Assembly: GCA_963817725.1 (NCBI GenBank)
Contig: CAWFPD010000004.1
Span: forward strand, 330,425 to 394,424
Source: an uncultured delta proteobacterium
GTDB lineage: Bacteria > Myxococcota_A > Polyangia > Polyangiales > Houyiibacteriaceae
DNA length: 64,000 nucleotides
Reading direction: 5' to 3'
Numbering within the stretch: position 1 is the first letter of the stretch; every line of letters starts with the position of its first letter. The position numbers and the translations under genes are program-made. Positions 16,232-24,424 of the stretch are shown here, in pieces. The notes beneath the pieces were generated by a model that was not told where the DNA came from, searched no databases, and was given only the letters and a program-made list of their open reading frames with translations.

Positions 16232-18421
16232 ATGAGTCACAGGTGCATCAATAGCAACCTCAAAGCTGGATTGTTCGTCTTGCTCCTAGGCTCGGCACTT
16301 TGGGTGTCCGGCTGCAAGGACGAGCCGACGCTTTTTTCCGGTTGCTCCACGCAAAACATCGATGCCTGTCCGCAGTCGGAGGGGTTCGCCAATCCATATG
16401 AAGGTCAGCTCGAGCTGCTCAGTTGGACGGAGACCTTGCGCAAGGCCAGTCTCGAGCTGACAGGCAAGCTTCCAACCGAGCGGCAGCAGCAAACGACCGC
16501 GCAGCAGGGGCAGCTCGGCTTGGAGGCTTCCCTCGCCGAGATCATGCGCGACGATCGTTTCCTCGATCGCGTGATGGAGCTCTACAACGACCATTTCCTG
16601 ACCGACAAGTACCTCGGCCGGGAAAACGCGATCGACCTTCTCGATGAAGACGTGTACCCGAACCTCCGCTGGTTCGAAAAGAAGTATCCCAACGACGACC
16701 AAAAGGCGGAGGTCACCAACGACTCTCTCGCGCGCGAGCCGCTCGAGCTGATTGCACACGTCGTGAAAGACGAGCGACCGTTCACGGAGATCCTCACTGC
16801 CAACTACACGATGGCGAACGGATACTCGGCCCTGTCGCTGATCGGTCTGCCGGACGTGCCACTCGGGGTAGGAGAGAATCCGGATACCTTCCATGAAGTT
16901 CAGATCCCAGGTATTCCGCACGCGGGGATTCTGACTTCCTCGATGTTCCTGAACCGCTTTCCGACGAGTGATACGAACATCAATCGCCATCGCTCACGCA
17001 TGGCGTACTCGTTTTTCCTCGATATCGACATCAATCAATTTGGAAGCAGGCCCGTCGACGCCAGCGCAGACTTTGGGGAGAATCCAACGCTCACCAATCC
17101 GAACTGCACGGTTTGTCACACCACGATGGATCCCGTCGCCGGCCTCTTCATGAACTGGAACGAGAAAGGCGAATACAGCGGGCGGGGTGAGTGGTTCGAT
17201 GCCGATTACATCTTGCCTCCCGGCTTCGCTGGACAAGAGTTGCCCGACGGCGACCGCAAGCATGCGCTGCAATGGTTCGCGCAACGTCTCGCTCAGAATC
17301 CGCTCTTTGCACAGGCAACCGTCAAGACGGTGTTCGAGGGTCTGACGGGACAGAAGATCCTCGACATCACGACCGCAATGACGCCAGAGATGGCGGCGCA
17401 GGCGCTGCAAGAGCCCGACCCCATCGTCGATCCCGCACCCCTCGATGGACTCGGCGGGATGGGCGGCTCGGCTGGCTCGGCCGGGAGCGATGGCATTGGC
17501 GGGATGGGCGGCTCGGCTGGCGCAGGCGGTGCAGGCGGTGCGGGCGGCATGGGCGAGCCTCCTCCTCCACCCCCACCTCCCCCGCCGCCTGAGACCGATC
17601 CACCGGTCGATCCACAGGTCGATCCAGCGCTCGAGCGTGCCTACAACCTCCAGCAGCAGATTCTTCGAACCATCCAGCGTCGATTCATGGACAGCGGCTA
17701 CAACTTCAAGCTGCTGGTCCGCGAAATCGTTCTGAGCCCCTATTTCCGAGCCAAGAACGCGACACCGCTCACCTCCGAGATGGAGACCGAGTTGTCGACC
17801 TTCGGCACGGCACGGCTGCTCACGCCCGAGCACCTGTCTCGCAAGATCGAGGCGACCACGGGCGTGCGTTGGCGACGCCGACCCGGTCAGACCGATTACC
17901 TGCTGAGTCAGTATCGCATCTTCTACGGCGGTATCGATTCGGACTTGGTCACCAAGCGCGTGACGGAGCCAAACGGAGTCATGGCGAGCCTCGCCCAGCG
18001 CATGGCGTACGAGGTGGCGTGCTCCGCCGTCCCCTACGATTTTTCGAAGCCGGCCGATCAGCGCCTGCTGTTCCCCTACGTCGACCGGGATACGCCGCTT
18101 TCCGAAGGGTCCACTCAGGTGCGGGACAACGTGCGGCATCTGCATGCGCAGCTCTTGGGCGAAGATCTCGCGAGCGACGATCCGGAGATCGACGCCACCG
18201 TGGGTGTCTTGATGCAGGCTTACAACCTCGGCGCAGATGGCTTGGCCGATGGAACGGTCTCAGAAGACCTGGCTGATCAGTGCCGGCTCTTCAACGATCG
18301 AAATACGGGCGACTCGCTGCCGGACGGGCGTCGCATCAGTCGAGATGGAGACTACACGTTGCGCGCCTGGATGGCGGCGGTGAGTTATCTCCTGTCTGAT
18401 TATCAATTCCTGTACGAGTGA
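16232..18421 (+). CDS. DUF1588/DUF1585-like lipoprotein with an internal Gly/Pro low-complexity linker
   Basis: Lipobox WVSGC. DUF1588/1585-like motifs as I recall them: ILTANYTMANGYSAL, HAGILTSSMFL, NRHRSRMAYSFFL, NCTVCHTTMDPVAGLF. Confidence 0.55.
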   Translation: MSHRCINSNLKAGLFVLLLGSALWVSGCKDEPTLFSGCSTQNIDACPQSEGFANPYEGQLELLSWTETLRKASLELTGKLPTERQQQTTAQQGQLGLEASLAEIMRDDRFLDRVMELYNDHFLTDKYLGRENAIDLLDEDVYPNLRWFEKKYPNDDQKAEVTNDSLAREPLELIAHVVKDERPFTEILTANYTMANGYSALSLIGLPDVPLGVGENPDTFHEVQIPGIPHAGILTSSMFLNRFPTSDTNINRHRSRMAYSFFLDIDINQFGSRPVDASADFGENPTLTNPNCTVCHTTMDPVAGLFMNWNEKGEYSGRGEWFDADYILPPGFAGQELPDGDRKHALQWFAQRLAQNPLFAQATVKTVFEGLTGQKILDITTAMTPEMAAQALQEPDPIVDPAPLDGLGGMGGSAGSAGSDGIGGMGGSAGAGGAGGAGGMGEPPPPPPPPPPPETDPPVDPQVDPALERAYNLQQQILRTIQRRFMDSGYNFKLLVREIVLSPYFRAKNATPLTSEMETELSTFGTARLLTPEHLSRKIEATTGVRWRRRPGQTDYLLSQYRIFYGGIDSDLVTKRVTEPNGVMASLAQRMAYEVACSAVPYDFSKPADQRLLFPYVDRDTPLSEGSTQVRDNVRHLHAQLLGEDLASDDPEIDATVGVLMQAYNLGADGLADGTVSEDLADQCRLFNDRNTGDSLPDGRRISRDGDYTLRAWMAAVSYLLSDYQFLYE
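17453..17590 (+). repeat. In-frame low-complexity repeat (Gly-rich 45-nt duplication followed by a poly-Pro run)
   Basis: GGCGGGATGGGCGGCTCGGCTGGC occurs at 17453-17476 and again at 17498-17521. It is followed by codons for 11 consecutive Pro. Confidence 0.8.
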
Positions 18422-18434
18422 GGGAGGACTAGCG

Positions 18435-19730
18435 GTGGATCGTCGTGATTTTTTGCGAATGGCAGGCTGGGCTGGGCTGACATGTGTGTTGCCATCGGTC
18501 GTGGATCCCTTGCGGGCCCGTGCGCAGTCGATCGCTAGCTCGGCCTACACGGGAACCTACTGGATAATCATGCATGCCGGCGGTGGCTGGGACCCAACCC
18601 ATCTATGTGATCCGAAGGGCCAGACCAGCGAAAACGAAAGCAACCCGATGGGGCACTTCCTGAGGGACGACATTCGAAGCGCCGGCAACATTCGCTACGC
18701 GCCGCTCGGGGATGACCAGACGGCGCTCGACGCGTTTTTTCAGTCGAATTACCAGCGGCTGCTGGTCATCAATGGGATGGACACGGGAACCAATGGTCAC
18801 GACCAGGGAACCCGCGGTACCTGGAGCGGCCGTACGGCCGAGGGACATCCCCCGATCGGTGCGCTGATCGCCGCGACCTACGGTCCGACCCTTCCGATGC
18901 CCCTGATCGGTTATGGCGGATACCTGGATACCCAGGGCGTCACCAATGCAGTACCTCTGGGTGATGGGGGTCTTCTACACAATCTAGCCTTTCCCGCACG
19001 CCCGAACCCGACGGAATCGGAGGAGAACTATTTCGGCCAGGCGGACGTACCGGGGATCGTGCAGCGCGAGCAGCAGCTTCGTCTTCTTCGGCTGCAAGGC
19101 AAACAGCGCCTGCCGCGCATTTGGGACGGACAGAACGAGCTCATGCTGGCACGTCTCGGGCAAGACGACCTCAAGCGAGTCTCCGAATCGCTGCCGACGG
19201 AGTTTTCAGATAACCAGATCGAACGGCAGATTCAGGTCGCGTTGGCCGCGTATCAGGCAGGGCTCTCGGTGAGCGTAAGCGTCAGCATGGGTGGGTTCGA
19301 CACCCACGGAAACCACGACGCCAATCACCTCCCGCGCCTGATCGATTTCGTCAACGGCGCGAACTTCGCGATGCAGGAAGCGGAGCGCAAAGGGATCGCG
19401 GATAAAATCGCCATCGTCATGGGCTCGGACTTCGGCCGCACGCCCGGATACAACAGCGGCAACGGCAAGGATCATTGGCCCATCAGCAGCATGATGATGA
19501 TGGGGCCGGGGATACCGGGCAACACCGTGATCGGCGGAACGGACGATCGCCACGGGCTGTACTTGATCGATCCGGTGACCCTCCAACCGACGGGCTCGCC
19601 AGACTCGGCGGAAGGCACCAGGCTTTCGATCGCGCACGTCCATCGCGCCCTGCGCAATCTCGCCGGTGTACCGGACGAGTACAAGGCCGCGTTTCCGCTA
19701 GCGGGCGAGGACCTTCCGATCTTCGGCTGA
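18435..19730 (+). CDS. DUF1501 (sulfatase-like fold) protein with a Tat signal
   Basis: GTG start. Tat signal RRDFLRMAGWAGL. DUF1501-like motifs HAGGGWD, MGGFDTHGNHD, MGSDFGRTP...GKDHW. Confidence 0.8.
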   Translation: MDRRDFLRMAGWAGLTCVLPSVVDPLRARAQSIASSAYTGTYWIIMHAGGGWDPTHLCDPKGQTSENESNPMGHFLRDDIRSAGNIRYAPLGDDQTALDAFFQSNYQRLLVINGMDTGTNGHDQGTRGTWSGRTAEGHPPIGALIAATYGPTLPMPLIGYGGYLDTQGVTNAVPLGDGGLLHNLAFPARPNPTESEENYFGQADVPGIVQREQQLRLLRLQGKQRLPRIWDGQNELMLARLGQDDLKRVSESLPTEFSDNQIERQIQVALAAYQAGLSVSVSVSMGGFDTHGNHDANHLPRLIDFVNGANFAMQEAERKGIADKIAIVMGSDFGRTPGYNSGNGKDHWPISSMMMMGPGIPGNTVIGGTDDRHGLYLIDPVTLQPTGSPDSAEGTRLSIAHVHRALRNLAGVPDEYKAAFPLAGEDLPIFG

Positions 19731-19740
19731 TGGCGTTGCG

Positions 19741-20643
19741 TTAAAACGCAGCGCCGCCGCCGATTCGCAGACCCCAAACCTGTCGTTTGTCGAACGAAAA
19801 GCCGTTCGGGTTGTCGATGTTGATGTTCAACCGAATCGCGCCAAACGCATTGTCGTTGCCGAATCGCATGAAGGGCTCGACCGCAAGCTGGGTCTTCTCC
19901 TCATTGAACTTGGGGATCAAGACCAAGCTGAACCTGGACCCGACCCGCAGCCAATCGGTTGCCTGGTAACCCATCATGGCGGCCATCTGCATGATGAAGT
20001 CCACCTTCGACGTTCGGGCGTTCTTGTCGTTGATCTTGATCAAGGCGCCGGTGTCGAGATAGGCGCCCCACAAGAAGCCGCTCGGTTTGGTCCGCTCGAG
20101 CGCCACCGGAACGATGACGCTCACCGTGTGGGGGTCCCAAAGCCAATACATGTTGTTTCCGCGTATCGCGGCCGCCAACTGATAGGCCTGTGCCGCGGTC
20201 ACCTGATCCTGATCGGGGATGTCGCCAGGAAGGGTAGCTACCGGAATGGTCGCGCCTAACCCGACCCGATAGGAGAACTGATTCTTTTTTCCCTGGTAGT
20301 GAAAGACGATGTAGGGATTTCCAAAGCGGAACGCGTTGCGCTTGTCGGCATTTTCGAAATCTACGTTGGCATACGCCATGCCCCAGACGACCTGCATGAG
20401 AACGCTGTAGGCGAGTTGCAGACGCATCTCGATGAGCGGGCTGACTAGCACCGAGCGTTGGTCTCCCTCGAGCTTGCCGGCGAATAGACCTATCTCGCCC
20501 AGAACGTGAAACCGCTGGGTATGGGCCTTCGCTCCGTCATCGAGGCTGTACGGCTCGTCCGGAAAAGCGCGCGCCTTTCCTGGCGCCAGCCACACTGCCG
20601 CAAAGAACAGACCAAGGACTCCCCACCGTCGAAGAACAGACAT
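19741..20643 (-). CDS. Predicted outer-membrane beta-barrel protein
   Basis: Has a signal peptide (LAPGKARAF) and alternating amphipathic strands. It ends in GGGAAF, with a terminal Phe. Confidence 0.55.
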   Translation of the reverse strand: MSVLRRWGVLGLFFAAVWLAPGKARAFPDEPYSLDDGAKAHTQRFHVLGEIGLFAGKLEGDQRSVLVSPLIEMRLQLAYSVLMQVVWGMAYANVDFENADKRNAFRFGNPYIVFHYQGKKNQFSYRVGLGATIPVATLPGDIPDQDQVTAAQAYQLAAAIRGNNMYWLWDPHTVSVIVPVALERTKPSGFLWGAYLDTGALIKINDKNARTSKVDFIMQMAAMMGYQATDWLRVGSRFSLVLIPKFNEEKTQLAVEPFMRFGNDNAFGAIRLNINIDNPNGFSFDKRQVWGLRIGGGAAF

Positions 20644-20719
20644 CGATCAACCCCCAAGTGAAAAGAGACCCCCTCTTTTCCTGCTCTTCAATATAGACAG
20701 CTGGGCCGAACATGGCCCA

Positions 20720-20740
20720 CGTTCCGTCGTGAACGGAACG
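20720..20740 (-). terminator. Possible transcription-terminating hairpin downstream of the CarH-like gene
   Basis: CGTTCCGT-cgtga-ACGGAACG forms a perfect 8-bp stem. A second hairpin, GGGCC-N6-GGCCC, lies adjacent. There is no clear U-tract. Confidence 0.3.
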
Positions 20741-20811
20741 GCGGCGTCAGAGAAGGGAGCGTCGGTTCAGGGCTGGACTGCGACGTGGGAGGGTTCGGCC
20801 TCGGTGAGCCC

Positions 20812-21747
20812 TCATGCCAAGCGCTGGGTCGACTCCAAAGGACGCCTGGTGAGAGCGGCGTCCAGCTCTTCGTAGTGGTGCATCATGCGGGCAGGAAGCC
20901 GCTGGGTCGATAGAACATGCCCTTCAGGAAGGCCCAGCCAGACTTCGTGGTCTTCGGCCAGGCGTTCGATACCCGCGCCCAAGGCCTCGCGTTCGCCCGG
21001 TTCGCAATCCCGCGCGATGCTCAATATGATGAGCTCGGCGCCGCTCTGGTCAGCCGCTTCGGCGATGTCGTCAAATGGCATGTGCGTGCCCAGATAGATG
21101 GGTTCGAAGCCCCGACTCGCGGCCATGAATGCACCGATGATCGCACCGAACTCGTGCAAGTGATTCGGAGGAGTCGCCACGATCACCCGAGGCGCGCCCG
21201 ACACCGGATCGGTATGTCGCATCAGCGCGCCCAGCAAGCTTCGCAGTTGGCCCGAGATGATGTGCTCATGAGAGATCCGAAACTGGTCTGAGCTCCACGC
21301 ATCCCCGACACGGCGCATGAGTGGCACGATCACCTCGAGTGTGAGCGTCATGGCCGGCAAAATGGCTGCCGTCCGGGTCAATATCGACTCTGCGCGCTGC
21401 ACGTCGTACTCGAAAACGGCCTCTAGGTAGTCCTCCACGACGGCTGCATACAGCGAAACCTTGCTTCCGATGTCCGATCCAGTCTCTCCGATCAGCCGCC
21501 GGAGCTCATCATCGCGCAGCCGTGCGACCTGACCGATCGAATGCCCAAGCTCGGTGGCACGCCGCAAGAGGACCAATCGTTTCACCTGAGCGCCGGAGTA
21601 TCTCCGCTTGTTGCCTTCGGTTCGATCTGGCTCGACCGCGGCATATCGACGCTCCCAAACACGGATCGTATCCGCGGTCAGACCTGTGAGACGCGCCACG
21701 ACGCGCATTGGATAGAGTCCGCTCATTTCTTTGACGTTGTTGCTCAT
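20812..21747 (-). CDS. carH: MerR-family, cobalamin-binding light-sensor-type regulator (CarH/LitR-like)
   Basis: N-terminal MerR HTH (YPMRVVARLTGLTADTIRVWERRY...RRYSGAQV). Has the Wx9EH motif (W-SSDQFRISH-EH). The B12-binding domain reads VIVATPPNHLHEFGAIIG...AELIILSI. Confidence 0.75.
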   Translation of the reverse strand: MSNNVKEMSGLYPMRVVARLTGLTADTIRVWERRYAAVEPDRTEGNKRRYSGAQVKRLVLLRRATELGHSIGQVARLRDDELRRLIGETGSDIGSKVSLYAAVVEDYLEAVFEYDVQRAESILTRTAAILPAMTLTLEVIVPLMRRVGDAWSSDQFRISHEHIISGQLRSLLGALMRHTDPVSGAPRVIVATPPNHLHEFGAIIGAFMAASRGFEPIYLGTHMPFDDIAEAADQSGAELIILSIARDCEPGEREALGAGIERLAEDHEVWLGLPEGHVLSTQRLPARMMHHYEELDAALTRRPLESTQRLA

Positions 21748-21833
21748 GATTGGCCGTTGATTAGAGGTACGGAAGCGGGTACCCGTTACGCGGGATCACT
21801 CGATTCGCCTGAAGATGAATGGGGTGGTGGTGC

Positions 21834-23285
21834 TTACATCCATCTTTCGTGTTCCTGTGTTGGGTACCCGCCTCGTACCGGAAGGGTTAGGGTTCCGGCG
21901 AAGCTCGTGTCTGCGCTGCGAGACAGATGCTTGGCGAAGCGACTCATCAACCAACGGTGAAAAATCGCCTGCGAAAAAATGTAGACGAGCCAAGGCAAAC
22001 GAGGCTCGTAGTCGTGCACGACGGTCAGTAACGTCCGGCCGCCCAACACCTGACGAAGCTCGAACCGAGGCCTGCCATTGCGGCGCGAGAGAAGACCACC
22101 GGTCACGTAAAAAAGCTGTCGATCGGGGCTGCTGCGGCCCGGCGCTCGCGTCAGCTCGAGAAGAGGCGACCGGAGCGGTGTCAAAACGAAGCGGAAACGA
22201 TCGGCCGACTGGATGTCTACGCGCAACAACGACCGCAAGAAGCGCGGCAGCCACTGAAGATATTCGGACGCAGCCCGCTGGGCGGTCCAGCCTGCGGGCA
22301 ACTGCATGCGCTGCACGGACCGAACCAAGCGTTGCCTCGAGCTCGTGCCTCGGAACGCATGAGGGGCCGATCCATCGGTCTGCGCTACGGCCCGGCGGAT
22401 CGCCTCGCGAATCGGGGTGCGTTCGACGCCCAGCCGCTCCGCAAGACCATCGTCCCGAATGACCATTTCGTGCCGGAGGCTCTGAACGAGCGGCCCCACC
22501 AGCGCCCTTGGCGCGCCCGTGATCAGTGTGATCCACAGACGGGACAACCCAGGCGACATGATTCGGGAAGGAATGAACAGACGACGCTTGCCAAGTGACG
22601 AAGCCGTCATGGCCATCATCTGCTTGTAGGTCACGATATCGGGAGCTCCGATGTCGTAGACCCGATCATAGTGCTCTTCGCTGCCGATCACTCCGCCGAT
22701 CATCCGTACGACATCCTCGAGCGCGACGGGTTGCGTTCGGATGTTCGTCCAGCGCGGGCACACCATGATGGGCAGGCGCTCGACCAATCGCGCCATGATT
22801 TGGAACGAGGAGCCGCGACCGCCCAAGATGAGACCCGCCCGCAACGTGGTCACAGGCACCACGTGGCCCGCAAGCACCTTTTCCACCTCGCTGCGGCTCT
22901 GGAGGTGCTTCGATAGCTCTGCTCCCTCGGGAATCAGCCCGCCAAGAAAAATGATCTGCTTCACACCCGCAGCGGCCGCCGCTCTTGCAAAGTTGTCAGC
23001 GCACACCACGTCGAGGTCCGCGAAGTCACCCTGCGTGAACCGCGTCGAGGGCATCATGTTGTGCACGAGGTACACCGCGTACTCCGCCCCTTGCAGCGCC
23101 TGCTCGGCCTCCTTCAACGAAAACAAATCGCAGGAGCGGTACTCGTCGAAGCCGCCGCCAGGCGTCCGAACCGATCGGGACAAGCCGATCACGTGGAAGG
23201 ACTCGGCGAGCACCGGCGCAAGCGCTTGCCCCACGAACCCTGAGGCTCCAGCGATCACCACCTTGGGCCGACGCGGCTCTTTCAT
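21834..23285 (-). CDS. NAD(P)-binding SDR-like protein with a C-terminal DUF2867-like domain
   Basis: N-terminus PKVVIAGASGFVGQALAPVL. Length is about 480 aa. It is the first gene of the operon that ends with the CarH-like gene. Confidence 0.65.
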   Translation of the reverse strand: MKEPRRPKVVIAGASGFVGQALAPVLAESFHVIGLSRSVRTPGGGFDEYRSCDLFSLKEAEQALQGAEYAVYLVHNMMPSTRFTQGDFADLDVVCADNFARAAAAAGVKQIIFLGGLIPEGAELSKHLQSRSEVEKVLAGHVVPVTTLRAGLILGGRGSSFQIMARLVERLPIMVCPRWTNIRTQPVALEDVVRMIGGVIGSEEHYDRVYDIGAPDIVTYKQMMAMTASSLGKRRLFIPSRIMSPGLSRLWITLITGAPRALVGPLVQSLRHEMVIRDDGLAERLGVERTPIREAIRRAVAQTDGSAPHAFRGTSSRQRLVRSVQRMQLPAGWTAQRAASEYLQWLPRFLRSLLRVDIQSADRFRFVLTPLRSPLLELTRAPGRSSPDRQLFYVTGGLLSRRNGRPRFELRQVLGGRTLLTVVHDYEPRLPWLVYIFSQAIFHRWLMSRFAKHLSRSADTSFAGTLTLPVRGGYPTQEHERWM

Positions 23286-23287
23286 GT

Positions 23288-23320
23288 CTGTCTATATACT
23301 GTCTATATTTTTATGGTCAA
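23288..23320 (-). promoter_or_regulatory. Putative sigma-70-type promoter with two tandem 11-bp CarH-operator-like direct repeats; possibly a leaderless transcript
   Basis: The bottom strand reads TTGACC-16nt-TATATA-7nt-ATG, with the ATG at 23285. The tandem repeats AATATAGACAG and TATATAGACAG (23309-23288) both fit nAnnTnnACAn. They cover the spacer and the -10 hexamer. Confidence 0.45.
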
Positions 23321-23359
23321 TACATGGACATCTTTTCTTGTTTGCCAGAGCCCCAGAAT

Positions 23360-23389
23360 TGAAACATGTTCTAGTGAAACATGTTCTAG
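23360..23389 (+). repeat. Perfect 15-bp tandem direct repeat (TGAAACATGTTCTAG x2) upstream of the Rieske oxygenase operon
   Basis: Read directly: unit 1 at 23360-23374, unit 2 at 23375-23389. Each unit contains the palindrome AACATGTT. The repeat lies 49-78 nt upstream of the ATG at 23438. Confidence 0.85.
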
Positions 23390-23437
23390 TTTGGCGGTCC
23401 GTACTCGAATGGCCGCCCGACCAGAAGGAGCTCCCTC

Positions 23438-24412
23438 ATGACGGACGATGCGAAGACGAACCCCTGGGCAGGCTTTGCCAGAGGCTGGTTCGTGTTGATG
23501 TTCTCGGACGAGTTGGCAGCTGGCCAGGTGGTGCCGATGAAGCGCTTCGGCCAAGAGCTCGTCTTGTTTCGCACCGAGGCGGGACAAGCCAAAGTGTTCG
23601 ACGCCTACTGCCCCCACATGGGCGCGCATCTCGGACACGGAGGCAAGGTCCGAGGCGAGGCCATCGTCTGTCCGTTCCACGCTTGGAAGTTCGACGGAAC
23701 GGGCAAGTGCGTCGAGATTCCGTATGCAAAGCGCATCCCACCCAAGGCAGCCGTGGCGTGTTGGCCGGTGCGCGAGCGCAACGGGATGATCTTCGTCTGG
23801 CACGATCGGGAAAAGAGCCAGCCCGACTGGGAGATCCCCGAGCTCGAAGAGTGGGACGATCCGGCGTTCCTTTCCTGGCGGTATGCCAAGCTCGAGATCA
23901 AGACGCCGCCGCTAGCCATTGCGGAGAATTTGGCGGACGCGGGCCACTTCATTCCGGTCCACAATACGCATCCTGTTCCTGGCTCCTTCAGCAACACCTA
24001 TCAGGGCCACGTCGGGCAACAGAAGATCAAGGCGGTCGCGTACCCGGTGCACGGCGGCAAGGACGAGTTTGAGTCCACCGCGACTTACTACGGGCCTGGA
24101 TATCAAGTCACGAAGATGCACGGAAAGGGCCTGGGTGTGATCATCAATGCCCACACGCCGATCGACGACGAGCGCGTCATGCTGCGATTTGGGGTGTCGA
24201 TGAAGGCAACCAAGGACATGACGGAAGAGCTCATCGATCATTTCATCGACAACATGCGCGATGGATACCTCCAAGATGTCCGCATTTGGGAGAACAAGAT
24301 CTATCTCGATCGGCCGATTCTGTGCGACGGTGACGGGCCCATCGGCGAGTTTCGCCGGTGGTACGCCCAGTTCTATGCTCCGCGCCGGGAAGCTGCCGAC
24401 GCGGCGGAGTAA
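23438..24412 (+). CDS. Rieske [2Fe-2S] oxygenase, KshA-like (3-ketosteroid 9-alpha-hydroxylase oxygenase family)
   Basis: Rieske motif CPHMGAHLGHGG...CPFHAWKFDGTGKC, then IPYAKRIPPKA. The C-terminal GYLQDVRIWENKIYLDRPILCDGDGPIGEFRRWYAQFY closely parallels the KshA sequence as I recall it. GGAG RBS. Confidence 0.8.
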   Translation: MTDDAKTNPWAGFARGWFVLMFSDELAAGQVVPMKRFGQELVLFRTEAGQAKVFDAYCPHMGAHLGHGGKVRGEAIVCPFHAWKFDGTGKCVEIPYAKRIPPKAAVACWPVRERNGMIFVWHDREKSQPDWEIPELEEWDDPAFLSWRYAKLEIKTPPLAIAENLADAGHFIPVHNTHPVPGSFSNTYQGHVGQQKIKAVAYPVHGGKDEFESTATYYGPGYQVTKMHGKGLGVIINAHTPIDDERVMLRFGVSMKATKDMTEELIDHFIDNMRDGYLQDVRIWENKIYLDRPILCDGDGPIGEFRRWYAQFYAPRREAADAAE

Positions 24413-24424
24413 CGGGAGCGTTGC

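Noticed and set aside
16994-18145. 383-aa minus-strand ORF opposite the DUF1588-like gene. Similar long antisense ORFs occur at 12158-13132, 47932-48933, 51688-52806, 56642-57832, 56970-58037, 57646-58578, 21796-22536 and 22741-24072.
   Set aside because: All are Arg/Pro/Gly/Ala-rich with no recognisable motif. Each overlaps a gene on the other strand or frame that has clear family signatures. Stop-codon-poor high-GC sequence generates such ORFs.
23360-23389. Tandem repeat considered as a CRISPR or minisatellite
   Set aside because: There are only two 15-bp units with no spacers and no cas genes. It is interpreted as a candidate operator instead.
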